NCBI GenBank assembly: GCA_937911445.1
Contig: CALDQY010000189.1
Location: forward strand, 185-64,184
Source of the DNA: an uncultured Rhodobiaceae bacterium
GTDB lineage: Archaea; Thermoplasmatota; Poseidoniia; Poseidoniales; Poseidoniaceae
Direction: 5' to 3'
DNA: 64,000 nt
This document shows, piece by piece, positions 19,843 to 29,351 of the stretch. The notes below the pieces were generated by a model that saw only the letters and a list, made by a program, of their open reading frames with translations, was not told the DNA's origin and did not search any database. The first letter of the stretch is position 1; each line of letters begins with the position of its first letter. The position numbers were made by a program, and so were the translations under genes.

Positions 19843-22692
19843 ATGAGTCTACCCCCGATTGACTTGGCAGTGTTCCATGACAATGGTTACACTCGGCATC
19901 AATGCCGTATCACTGACTTGTGGTTCTGGACATGCGATCCCCAACGGACGACCTGCGGAGATACTCACGAAGATGAATATTCCTTTATTGGAAAACCACT
20001 TATCGAGGGATTCGAACAACGTGGTCGTGCTTTGAAAGATGCAATGCGAGAAGCCTTCCTATCGTTTTTTGAAAAACATCAACATCATCGTGTTGAGCCC
20101 TATCCTGTTCTTGCACGATGGCGCGATGATATTCACCTCACCATCGCATCGATTGCAGACTTCCAACCTCACGTGACCTCAGGCCAAGTGGCGCCTCCGG
20201 CGAACCCGCTCACCATCTCACAACCGTGCATTCGTTTGACGGACGTTGATGCTGTTGGTCGTTCAGGTCGACACTTGACGACGTTCGAAATGATGGCTCA
20301 CCACGTTTTCAATCGACCTGATGATGGCGAGATGTACTACTGGATGGAAGAATGCGTTGCTTACTGTCATTCCATGCTAACCGAAACATTCGGGATTGAC
20401 GAAAAGGAAATCACCTACGTGGAGAATCCATGGTGTGGTGGAGGGAATGCAGGCCCTGCAGTCGAAGTCATTGTTGGCGGTCTCGAACTTGCAACGCTGG
20501 TGTTCATGAATCTCGAAGAATCGGACGATGGTGACATTGAACTCAAAGGAGATCGCTACAAAGAAATGCCACTGCAAATTATCGATACTGGCTATGGCCT
20601 TGAGCGATTTTGTTGGGCTGCTGCAGGAACACCCACCATCTACGAAGCGATTTACCCCGAAACGGTTGCTTGGCTCAAAGATCTGTCTGGCTTCTCAGAT
20701 GTCGTCACCCGATGGCCTGATTTGGATCTCGATCAACTCCTTGGTGAGATGAGCCGTCTCAATGGAATAATGAACATCGAGCCCGGTGTTGATGCAGACG
20801 AACTTTCTCAGCTGTTCATCGCTCGTCTCGGACAACGTGGCGTTGATTTGACGAAAGAGCAATTCATGGCCATTACCGAGCCTTTGTCGCGTGTCTATGC
20901 CATTCCGGACCACCTTCACGCCTTGACGCATATGCTCGGAGATGGACTCGTTCCATCCAATGCAAAAGCTGGATACCTAGCACGTATGCTTGCCCGTCGA
21001 ATTTTAAGAATGCGTGATGATTTAGGAATGGACGTATCACTTTCTGATCTCATCAACCATCATCTTGATGTCAACATGAGTGGGCATGAAATGAAACAAA
21101 CAAGGGATGGACTCTTGACCATCATGAATCTCGAAGAGGAACGTTACAGCGAAGTGTTGAGGAAAGGAACCAATCTGATTCAACAGTCCTTGAAATCTGT
21201 TGACCAAGGTGCTGAAGAATTACCGGATGAGTTGCTCTTCCAACTCAATGATTCGCATGGGTTACCTCCTGACATGGTCATCAACATGGCACAGAAGAGT
21301 GGATGGACACATTTGCGACTCCGAACAGGTTTCTCTGCGGAAATGGCTGAACGACATGCTAAGATGGCAAAGGCTGCAGCCGCAACAAGCCAACAATCCT
21401 CACTCGTTGATCAATTACCGGTTCTTCCAGAAACGGTTCCTTTGTACTACAATGATGTTCAACAACGGAGTTTCGATGCGAGCGTGTTGGCTTCCATCCC
21501 TCTTGTTGGGGGGGTTGGGCCTGAAGGGGCGACACATGCAGTTGTTCTCTCTGAAACTTGTTTTTACCCTGAAGGCGGAGGTCAAGAAGGGGATTATGGG
21601 TCACTTACGACAGACGGAACCTCACGTCAAGTTTTGGACACGCAGAAGGAACAGAACCTTATCCTGCATCTCTGTGATGGCCCCCTTGAAATCGGGGACC
21701 TTGTTCACGGAACCATTGACTGGCGTCGACGGAAGCAGCTGATGGATCATCATACTGCTGTCCACATCGTAGGAGGTGCTGCACGACGCATTCTTGGCCC
21801 TCACATCTATCAAGCAGGAGCGAACAAATCAACAGAACTTGCTCGTCTGGACATCACACATTACCGTCGGCTTACTCGTGACGATTTGGATGCCATTGAA
21901 ATTCTTGCAAACGAAGTTCTTGGACAGGTTTCTCGTACTGAAAAGACCATCCTTCCTCGCCATGAAGCTGACAAGAAACATGGATTTGACCTCTATCAAG
22001 GAGGTGCTCCCAAAGGCAACGAAATTCGCGTGCTCCGCATCTCTGACCACGATGTACAGGCTTGTGGTGGAACACATCATGATGAGCCTGGCCAAATCGG
22101 ATCGATTCGCGTGGTACGGTCCACTGCGGTTCAAGACGGTGTCGAGCGTCTCCACATCGTCGCGGGTGAGTCCGCACTCAAGTTTGCTCGTGAACAAGAC
22201 GAATTGCTCCGAGCAACATCGCAAACATTTGCTGTCTCCTCAGAAGACCTTCCGAAAACGGCAGAGCGTTTCTTCTCCGAGTGGAAAGAACAACGTAAGC
22301 GCATTGAACAACTCGAGGCAGAAATCGTTCGACTTCGAACCTCGGGCGGTGGAGATGATTCAATGACCATTGACGGCGTTCGTGTCGTTATCATGGAAGT
22401 TGAAGGGAACTTGAAACAGTTGACTTCGATGTTGCAAGAACTTACACGTGACGCTGCAACACCGACACTCGCAGTGTTGGGTTCCAAGGAAGGTGGTGGT
22501 AAACTCATGGTTGCATGTACAGAAAATACGATTGCAGCAGAACGTTACAACGCAGTTGATTTGCTTCGCTCCATTATTCCAAACATCAAGGGTGGCGGTG
22601 GTGGTCGTCCAACCATGGCTCAAGGTGGAGGTTCGGATGCAACCGGTCTGGATAATGCATTGCAAGCCGCGAAAGACCTTGTTCAATCATAA
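19843..22692 (+). CDS. alaS: Alanine--tRNA ligase (archaeal type)
   Basis: TIASIADFQP, SQPCIR, GRH.T.FEMM, DTGYGLER, editing HTAVH...ACGGTH, C-terminal GGGGG (DHHA1). Confidence 0.96.
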   Translation: MSLPPIDLAVFHDNGYTRHQCRITDLWFWTCDPQRTTCGDTHEDEYSFIGKPLIEGFEQRGRALKDAMREAFLSFFEKHQHHRVEPYPVLARWRDDIHLTIASIADFQPHVTSGQVAPPANPLTISQPCIRLTDVDAVGRSGRHLTTFEMMAHHVFNRPDDGEMYYWMEECVAYCHSMLTETFGIDEKEITYVENPWCGGGNAGPAVEVIVGGLELATLVFMNLEESDDGDIELKGDRYKEMPLQIIDTGYGLERFCWAAAGTPTIYEAIYPETVAWLKDLSGFSDVVTRWPDLDLDQLLGEMSRLNGIMNIEPGVDADELSQLFIARLGQRGVDLTKEQFMAITEPLSRVYAIPDHLHALTHMLGDGLVPSNAKAGYLARMLARRILRMRDDLGMDVSLSDLINHHLDVNMSGHEMKQTRDGLLTIMNLEEERYSEVLRKGTNLIQQSLKSVDQGAEELPDELLFQLNDSHGLPPDMVINMAQKSGWTHLRLRTGFSAEMAERHAKMAKAAAATSQQSSLVDQLPVLPETVPLYYNDVQQRSFDASVLASIPLVGGVGPEGATHAVVLSETCFYPEGGGQEGDYGSLTTDGTSRQVLDTQKEQNLILHLCDGPLEIGDLVHGTIDWRRRKQLMDHHTAVHIVGGAARRILGPHIYQAGANKSTELARLDITHYRRLTRDDLDAIEILANEVLGQVSRTEKTILPRHEADKKHGFDLYQGGAPKGNEIRVLRISDHDVQACGGTHHDEPGQIGSIRVVRSTAVQDGVERLHIVAGESALKFAREQDELLRATSQTFAVSSEDLPKTAERFFSEWKEQRKRIEQLEAEIVRLRTSGGGDDSMTIDGVRVVIMEVEGNLKQLTSMLQELTRDAATPTLAVLGSKEGGGKLMVACTENTIAAERYNAVDLLRSIIPNIKGGGGGRPTMAQGGGSDATGLDNALQAAKDLVQS

Positions 22693-23405
22693 AGCGATTC
22701 TAGTGCCAATCTGTCAAATTCAGACGCAGCATTTTCAATGGCATCGTTCAGATTGAACCAGGCCGCAGCCTCGATTTCTCCTTGTTTCAATTTCAGTTCT
22801 TCAATCGACCCGTTCCATCGTCCACAATATGTGAAACTGACAAACGATACACCGTCTCTGAAGAAAGATCGTTGCGTGATGACAGGTTTACGATTGTCGA
22901 GTTCAATGAGAATTCCTAACTCTTCCTGTGTTTCTCGAACGCATCCCTCTGCAGGTTCTTCACTGTGATTCATGTAGCCTCCTGGTAAACCCCAGTATCC
23001 TTTGAAAAAACCTCTCTCAACCTTTGCCATGAGAATCTCCTTCTTGTTGTTGCGAATTATGACCTTGGATACGAGACGATGAAGAGAACGGTAGACCGCT
23101 TCTCGTGCTACTGGGTGAACAGCGTTGTCGGAGACGACTTTGTCTTTCCAGGTCCAATGCTCGGGCCAATCCATTTCTGGTTCACCGTGCAAGACTGTGT
23201 ATGTCTCATTTCCAAACCGAAGATCGGTTTCACGACCTGCTGTCCATGATATTCCATGATGTTCAACTTCCTCAGGTGTTGGGAATCGTAGCAAAATTTC
23301 GTTTGTGTTCCGGCCCATGATGCAATCTTTGGGTCCATCACCATTCTCATCCACCAGCAGAAGTTTTCCGTCGTGTTCGAGATAGACGACGGTTCTCGGG
23401 TGCAT
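22683..23405 (-). CDS. Nudix hydrolase with N-terminal extension
   Basis: Nudix box W.LPGG.....E.....C.RET.EELG. Confidence 0.85.
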   Translation of the reverse strand: MHPRTVVYLEHDGKLLLVDENGDGPKDCIMGRNTNEILLRFPTPEEVEHHGISWTAGRETDLRFGNETYTVLHGEPEMDWPEHWTWKDKVVSDNAVHPVAREAVYRSLHRLVSKVIIRNNKKEILMAKVERGFFKGYWGLPGGYMNHSEEPAEGCVRETQEELGILIELDNRKPVITQRSFFRDGVSFVSFTYCGRWNGSIEELKLKQGEIEAAAWFNLNDAIENAASEFDRLALESLYD

Positions 23406-23485
23406 GGTCCTTCCTTGACTTCTCCCTTCATGAAGCCTCGTCTTTGATGGAATGGGTTGAAGTAGGACTTTGCCCTCGTTGAATC

Positions 23486-24193
23486 ATGCACGTAGAAGAC
23501 ATTCGTCCAGAGGGCTGGGCTTGCACATACCTCGTCGCAAACAACGGTGAAGCCGTTCTAATCGACCCTGTGTATGACTACATCAAGCATTATGAAACAG
23601 TGCTTGCAGAACGAGACCTCAAGCTCGCAGCATGCATGGCAACACATACCCATGCCGATCACATCACCGCCTGCTTTACGCTTAGTGAGGACCGAAGCAT
23701 TCCGTTTTACATGTGGAAGGATACTGCCTCTCTTGGTGTAACGGATTACATCGATGAGGACTCCACCATTACCATTGCTGGTGTGGAGTACACATTCCTT
23801 CACGTACCAGGGCACACGCAAGATTCTGTGATTATTTGCATTGATGGTCACATTTTTACTGGCGACTTTTTGTTCAACGGTGATGCTGGTGTTGGACGTG
23901 ATGACCTGCCTAGTGGTCGTCTTCTCGAACACTGGAATTCAATACAGTCGCTTTCTGTGTTGCCCGATCATGTACTCGTCTGCAGTGGTCATGAACCACC
24001 AGGGACAGAGTTGCAAACACTCGGATGGAATCGTGAGCACAACCCAATCTTGACCATGGCCTCGTTTGAGGAATTTGTGGAGTGGCAAACTCAAACAGCC
24101 GAAAAGCTCGGCTCTGTATCGAAAATCAAAACCGCCCTCCCGGCAAACATATTCGCAGAAATTCCTGATGACATTCCTTGGCTTTCACAGTAA
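23486..24193 (+). CDS. Metallo-beta-lactamase-fold protein, persulfide dioxygenase (ETHE1)/glyoxalase II-like
   Basis: CTYLV, IDPV, THTHADHITA, PGHT, FTGD.L, GR.DL, LPD...V..GH. Confidence 0.85.
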   Translation: MHVEDIRPEGWACTYLVANNGEAVLIDPVYDYIKHYETVLAERDLKLAACMATHTHADHITACFTLSEDRSIPFYMWKDTASLGVTDYIDEDSTITIAGVEYTFLHVPGHTQDSVIICIDGHIFTGDFLFNGDAGVGRDDLPSGRLLEHWNSIQSLSVLPDHVLVCSGHEPPGTELQTLGWNREHNPILTMASFEEFVEWQTQTAEKLGSVSKIKTALPANIFAEIPDDIPWLSQ

Positions 24194-24231
24194 GTGCAAA
24201 CACATTTGAAGTGCCTTCTCGTCGGTTGAAT

Positions 24232-26766
24232 ATGTCCAAATTGCAACGTAAGAAAATCCACTTGGTTTTTTTCCTTCAATTGGTATTCCTGCTTTCACTG
24301 TCGTCACCTCTTGTACAAGGTACAAACCCATACGGTGACGTTAGTAAAATGGACGCAGCTCTCGAGTCCGCCTTGCAATCGGCACAAGATGTCGATGAAT
24401 CCTTCGAGGTGATCTTCCAACTCCATTCGCCTGTGACAGATGCTGATTTGGCTTACTTCTCTAAGATCGGAGCGACGCACCTTCACGAAGCGAAACTGAT
24501 TGATGGTGGATTAATTGAAGCCCCTACGGATGTTCTTCGAAAACTTTCAAACTGGGAACGAGTCGAATATCTTGAATTAAACCGTGAATTGGATTTCTTC
24601 TATTTGCCGCCTGATTGGGGTGGTAATCCGACGGATCCCTCCCTTATGATGCATGAAACAACACATGTCGTTCGAGCAACAGACGCATGGCACCGAGCCA
24701 TCATCGATGTCAATGGAAATGTACAGTTTGAAACGGACAATGCTTTCACCGAATGGGACGGAGATGGAACCGCTGTTGTCGACCTCGATACTGGTGTTGA
24801 TGCGGGCCATCCAGACTTCGATTATCTTGAACCTTGGACTGGTGAGAAAGTGATCTACTCCGCAAAATGGAATGGCGTTTGGACAGAAACTCGAAACTCC
24901 GACACATCCTCAGGACACGGAACACACGTCGGTGGCACCATTGCAGGAAACGGTGATGCATCTGCTGGACGAAGAGCAGGCGTTGCGAAGGGTGGACAAA
25001 TGGTCGCATTAGGAACGGGCGATGGCGCCTCCATCTTTGCTGCAGAGCAAGGTCTCGAGTGGACGTTTGAACACTCAATTCCATCGCAAAACCCGTATCA
25101 TATTCGTGTTGTATCGAATTCATGGGGGACAGACGGTGATTACGATCCAAACGGCGCTATCGCTACAATCACTGACAGACTCACTTTCGAAAACGGTGTT
25201 GCCGTTATCTTTGCCGCTTCCAATTCAGGTGGCTCAGGTGGTGGAGGCGAATGTGGTGGAGATTTGCGAACAAACGTGTACGCCAACACGCCTTCTGCGA
25301 TCTCCGTTGCTGCTCTGACCCATGACGGAACTCAGGTCACTTCGTTTTCTTCAAGAGGTTGTATGAATCAACAGCATACATGGCCAGATGTCGGCGCTCC
25401 AGGACGTGACATTTGGGCGACAGCCCCTCGTGGAACCGCCATCGACGCAAGCACTCGGACGCAAGGTGACCTGTATTACATGGCCATCTCAGGTACATCC
25501 ATGGCAACCCCTCACGTTGGTGGCATGGCTGGAGTTATTCTCGATATCGCACCATCCTTGGGTGTCGCAGATTATCATCGCGAAGATCACGATGAAGGTG
25601 ATAGCCTCGTCGGGGGTGAGGGTACTGCTGCATATGGGCAATTTGAAGATTGGGATACAGCCAACTATTCACGTGTTCACGAACTTGAATTGATTCTCGA
25701 ATTAACGGCTCGCTACGAAGGAATGGAAAATTCTTGCGAAGACGGGAACAGTGAAGATTCATGCAACGATATTCCGGAGGAATGTTATCGTTCGGCAACT
25801 GGTGAATGCCACGATTGGAGAATTGGGCACGGATTGACGGATGTCGATGCGGCTATGGCATTGGCACGAACACTTCAACTCATGCGCGACCAAGATGGCG
25901 ACGGTTTCGTTGATCATCCCGAATACACAGTTTGGGATGCATGGGCCATTTACGAATCCATGATGGTTGAAGCATCCATCCCTGTTAACACAGACCGAGT
26001 AAGTCATAGCTGGAAGGGCGATTGGAATCATTTCAACAACGGTGCTACCGGTGCTGTGTATTACACCGAAGATTCGCATTACGTTTGGATTCCAAATGGA
26101 ACTACCCAAATGGAGGCTCGGTTCGTACCAACAGAATTTGATTTGGATACCGCCCAAGGAGGTGCCTTGCAACTTGAAATCGATCTTGGAGAAGATGGTA
26201 GCAACGATGCACAAGGCGCGTGTACACGTGTTTCGGACGCTTGGATTTGCGACCTCGATGTTGAATCATCGCACTGGAATTCATGGGCACATTTTGATGT
26301 CACAGGTCAGGCATTCACGTTCTTCGGTATCCTCAACGATCCTGAGTTCTTTGAATCCCGAATTCCCTACACGGTTGACGTTACACTCACGTTGGACTTG
26401 AGCGAACCTGTCGATATTTCCGTCGAGCAACGACCTGATTTCTACTCGGACCTCGACCCTGCCTCTCCCTCGGATGCTTACGATTCTGAGTACGATGGTA
26501 TGCTCACCTTCACACGACCAGTGTACGACCAACAAGCCGTTGCAGCATTGATTCAACCAAAGGAAGTTGCCACAGACGATGTTGAAGGAGGCTTCTTCTC
26601 CGCTCTTGGAGATCTGTTTTCCGAATACTTCGGGGCTGCAAGTTTCTTCTTCTTGTTCGTTCTTCTAAGTGCCCTCGGAATTGGATATCTCGTGCGATCG
26701 AGCCGAATCGATGAACCGAAACTGTTGGTTTCTACATCCGTAGATGCTGAACTCATCGAAGATTAG
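24232..26766 (+). CDS. Secreted, membrane-anchored S8 serine peptidase
   Basis: Signal peptide and prodomain; triad DLDTG / GHGTHVGG / SGTSMATPH; C-terminal TM helix. Confidence 0.92.
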   Translation: MSKLQRKKIHLVFFLQLVFLLSLSSPLVQGTNPYGDVSKMDAALESALQSAQDVDESFEVIFQLHSPVTDADLAYFSKIGATHLHEAKLIDGGLIEAPTDVLRKLSNWERVEYLELNRELDFFYLPPDWGGNPTDPSLMMHETTHVVRATDAWHRAIIDVNGNVQFETDNAFTEWDGDGTAVVDLDTGVDAGHPDFDYLEPWTGEKVIYSAKWNGVWTETRNSDTSSGHGTHVGGTIAGNGDASAGRRAGVAKGGQMVALGTGDGASIFAAEQGLEWTFEHSIPSQNPYHIRVVSNSWGTDGDYDPNGAIATITDRLTFENGVAVIFAASNSGGSGGGGECGGDLRTNVYANTPSAISVAALTHDGTQVTSFSSRGCMNQQHTWPDVGAPGRDIWATAPRGTAIDASTRTQGDLYYMAISGTSMATPHVGGMAGVILDIAPSLGVADYHREDHDEGDSLVGGEGTAAYGQFEDWDTANYSRVHELELILELTARYEGMENSCEDGNSEDSCNDIPEECYRSATGECHDWRIGHGLTDVDAAMALARTLQLMRDQDGDGFVDHPEYTVWDAWAIYESMMVEASIPVNTDRVSHSWKGDWNHFNNGATGAVYYTEDSHYVWIPNGTTQMEARFVPTEFDLDTAQGGALQLEIDLGEDGSNDAQGACTRVSDAWICDLDVESSHWNSWAHFDVTGQAFTFFGILNDPEFFESRIPYTVDVTLTLDLSEPVDISVEQRPDFYSDLDPASPSDAYDSEYDGMLTFTRPVYDQQAVAALIQPKEVATDDVEGGFFSALGDLFSEYFGAASFFFLFVLLSALGIGYLVRSSRIDEPKLLVSTSVDAELIED

Positions 26767-27908
26767 AGAGGGTTCTGTGGTGCTTCTTTTGGAGCACTAC
26801 TTGGCATCGATTCGAGATCCTCAAAGGTTAGTTGTCCGGTGTGAATTTCTTCAATTTCTTGAAGCCGCTCAGCCATTGGTTTTCGTACAATAAATTCGAT
26901 ACGACCTTTGCTTCGTGTCAAATCGTAGGAAAGTGGGTCAAGTGCTTCGATGACCTGTTGTTCGAACGATCGTTGTACTCTTCGTCCTCTCCAAATCGAA
27001 TACCCCCATTGATATGCAATCCCAACGATAGCCGCACCGTAGAGGATGGCAAGGAAGGTTGCAGCAAACAAGGCGGCATTTCCGCCGCGGGCTTCCTCAA
27101 GCAAATCTCGCCCAAGGAGAAATATCAGACCAACACCAACTAAAGGTTTGAGCAGCGACTCTACCCACTGGTCAATCGGTATGAGTCGACCTTTGGATGG
27201 GTCAACAAAGACTAGGTCTGTTTCAAACGCTGTTGATAGTACCCCGACCAGTGCCAACAAAGCGATATACAACAAGGAGGAGAGAATGATTTCAGTTCCA
27301 AAGTTATCCAACTTGAAGATCCAATGAACAATCAAATAGGCGAACAATCCCAAAAATACACCACGTGGTACTCTGTGAAAGTGCTCGATGTGCTGTGAAA
27401 ATTCAGTGTAATTTCGCTCTTGTGCAGGATTACCACGGTGGGCTTGAGGGATGTGGATGATTTGCCAATGCATCGTTCGCTCGACGAGGCTCATGATTCG
27501 AATCAAGATTCGTCGCCTGATAAGAACAAATTCAACCAAAAGAATCACGGGCAGACCAACCAGCATGACTGGAAGTGCAACGATGAATGCGAGTGGAAAA
27601 ATAATCAAAGCTGGAAGGATAAGGAAATGGGAAATCGATAATGGATTCAATATGTCAGCCTCAATCAACCGTTGTCGTGATGGAGTAATTCTCAAGCTTC
27701 GAGCAACATCGTTCAGTGAATGTCGATAACTTTCCAATTGTCTTCCAGAATCTATGATTTGTCGAACGTTGGTTCGGTACTCGGATTCTTCATGACTTCC
27801 ACCGATCCAATACTGCCACATAAAGCGGAGCGGAATCGCTGTCAAAACAGGTACAGATAGGATGCCTAGGGCCCAGACAAGTGATTGAAGATCAACCTCT
27901 GCTGCCAT
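26763..27908 (-). CDS. Hypothetical multi-pass membrane protein
   Basis: About 7 hydrophobic segments; ATG 27908 avoids overlap with the divergent dehydrogenase. Confidence 0.7.
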   Translation of the reverse strand: MAAEVDLQSLVWALGILSVPVLTAIPLRFMWQYWIGGSHEESEYRTNVRQIIDSGRQLESYRHSLNDVARSLRITPSRQRLIEADILNPLSISHFLILPALIIFPLAFIVALPVMLVGLPVILLVEFVLIRRRILIRIMSLVERTMHWQIIHIPQAHRGNPAQERNYTEFSQHIEHFHRVPRGVFLGLFAYLIVHWIFKLDNFGTEIILSSLLYIALLALVGVLSTAFETDLVFVDPSKGRLIPIDQWVESLLKPLVGVGLIFLLGRDLLEEARGGNAALFAATFLAILYGAAIVGIAYQWGYSIWRGRRVQRSFEQQVIEALDPLSYDLTRSKGRIEFIVRKPMAERLQEIEEIHTGQLTFEDLESMPSSAPKEAPQNPL

Positions 27909-28008
27909 AGGCTCACTGGACCGTCCCAGTTTTCTCCTTCCTATCAATCCATTGTGAAAAACTCGAAGCGAACCCAATGTTCTAACACCTCTTCGATAAG
28001 CATCATCC

Positions 28009-28995
28009 ATGCGAAGAGTAGCCGTAACCGACGGTATGGCGCAAGAGGCCGTCAAGAAACTCGAAAGCGCTGGTTGCGAGGTTGTTCAGGATTTCATCGA
28101 ACACGCCCAACTGGTTGATGGGGCATTGGCTGATTTCGATGCAATCATCGTTCGCAGTGCAACCAAACTAACGAAAGAAATGTTGGAAGCAAGTCAACCT
28201 CGCTTGAAGGTGGTTGCTCGTGCAGGCGTTGGTGTCGATAACATCGATCTTGACGCAGCATCTCGTCTCGGCCTACCGGTCGTCAACGCACCTCGGGCGA
28301 GTACTCAGAGCGTTGTTGAACTCACCGTTGGCCATTTGCTGTCTTCGCTTCGCTTCATCCCTCGTGCCGATCGATCACTGCGTGATGGTGGGTGGGCGAA
28401 AAAAGAACTCAAAGGGACAGAGCTCTATGGAAAACGACTCGGCCTTGTTGGTTTCGGACGAATCGCACAAGGCGTTGCGAACGTCGCTCAAGCGTTTGGA
28501 ATGGAGGTTCATTCCTACGATCCCTATCTCCCACTTGCTATCGCTAGGAAGGCAGGTGTGACGATGCACAAAAACGTCGACAATCTCTTCAAAACATGTA
28601 CGCATATCTCCATTCACTGCAACTTGACTGAGGAAACACATCATCTTGTCAATCAAAAGCGCATCAGTATGATGCCCGGCGTCGATCCGTTCAATCTCAA
28701 ATGTGGCAATCATGTCGTTAACTGTGCACGAGGAGGCATCGTTGATGAAGATGCAGCTTTCGAAGCACTTGAATCTGGACAATTGTCGTCCTTGGCCCTT
28801 GACGTCTTCGAATACGAGCCAGTTGATCCCACATCCCCTCTTCTTCAACATCCGAATTTCCATGGTACGCCTCATATCGGTGCTGCTACCATCGAAGCAC
28901 AGCGTCGTGTAGGGCTTGATATCGTCGATGCCGTCCTCACTGTTTTGGATGGTGGCATGGCCGAAACCACTGTCAATCGAAGCAATCTTTCCTGA
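28009..28995 (+). CDS. serA: D-2-hydroxyacid dehydrogenase (phosphoglycerate dehydrogenase-like, short form without ACT domain)
   Basis: RSATK, RAGVGVDNID, G.VGFGRI, N.ARGGIVDE, LDVF..EP, TPHIGA.T.EAQ. Confidence 0.8.
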   Translation: MRRVAVTDGMAQEAVKKLESAGCEVVQDFIEHAQLVDGALADFDAIIVRSATKLTKEMLEASQPRLKVVARAGVGVDNIDLDAASRLGLPVVNAPRASTQSVVELTVGHLLSSLRFIPRADRSLRDGGWAKKELKGTELYGKRLGLVGFGRIAQGVANVAQAFGMEVHSYDPYLPLAIARKAGVTMHKNVDNLFKTCTHISIHCNLTEETHHLVNQKRISMMPGVDPFNLKCGNHVVNCARGGIVDEDAAFEALESGQLSSLALDVFEYEPVDPTSPLLQHPNFHGTPHIGAATIEAQRRVGLDIVDAVLTVLDGGMAETTVNRSNLS

Positions 28996-28998
28996 CCA

Positions 28999-29011
28999 TT
29001 TTCACTTTTCA
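28999..29011 (+). promoter_or_regulatory. Candidate DNA-damage-response box TTTTCACTTTTCA
   Basis: Upstream of the polB2 operon; the 10-mer TTCACTTTTC recurs in reverse orientation at 32442-32451. Confidence 0.4.
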
Positions 29012-29057
29012 GAAGGGGTTCGCACAACGCTTCCCTAGCGTTCGTCGTTCCAACACC

Positions 29058-29351
29058 ATGGGACGAACTGTACCAACCTGGCGAGGACGCGTTGAACAAG
29101 AGATCGAAATTCTCGTACCGTACCGGCGCGCATTATCCCATGAGGATCGCTGTCGTTTTGATGCGATGCTCCATGATGTTCGAATGCGTCGAGCAGCAGG
29201 TGGCATGCTTCCTGCGCACGAGGCGTGGAGGCCGATGCTTTTGTCGATGATTCTTGGTGCTCATGAACGAATTCAAGCGCTTGAACAACGTATTGCATCT
29301 CTTCAACAACATATTTTGTCTTTGGATGGAGACGGTCATGACCAGCACTAG
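29058..29351 (+). CDS. Small helical PolB2-associated protein (arCOG07300-like)
   Basis: MGRTVP.WR...E.....YRRAL..EDR..FD pattern; overlaps the polB2 start. Confidence 0.8.
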   Translation: MGRTVPTWRGRVEQEIEILVPYRRALSHEDRCRFDAMLHDVRMRRAAGGMLPAHEAWRPMLLSMILGAHERIQALEQRIASLQQHILSLDGDGHDQH

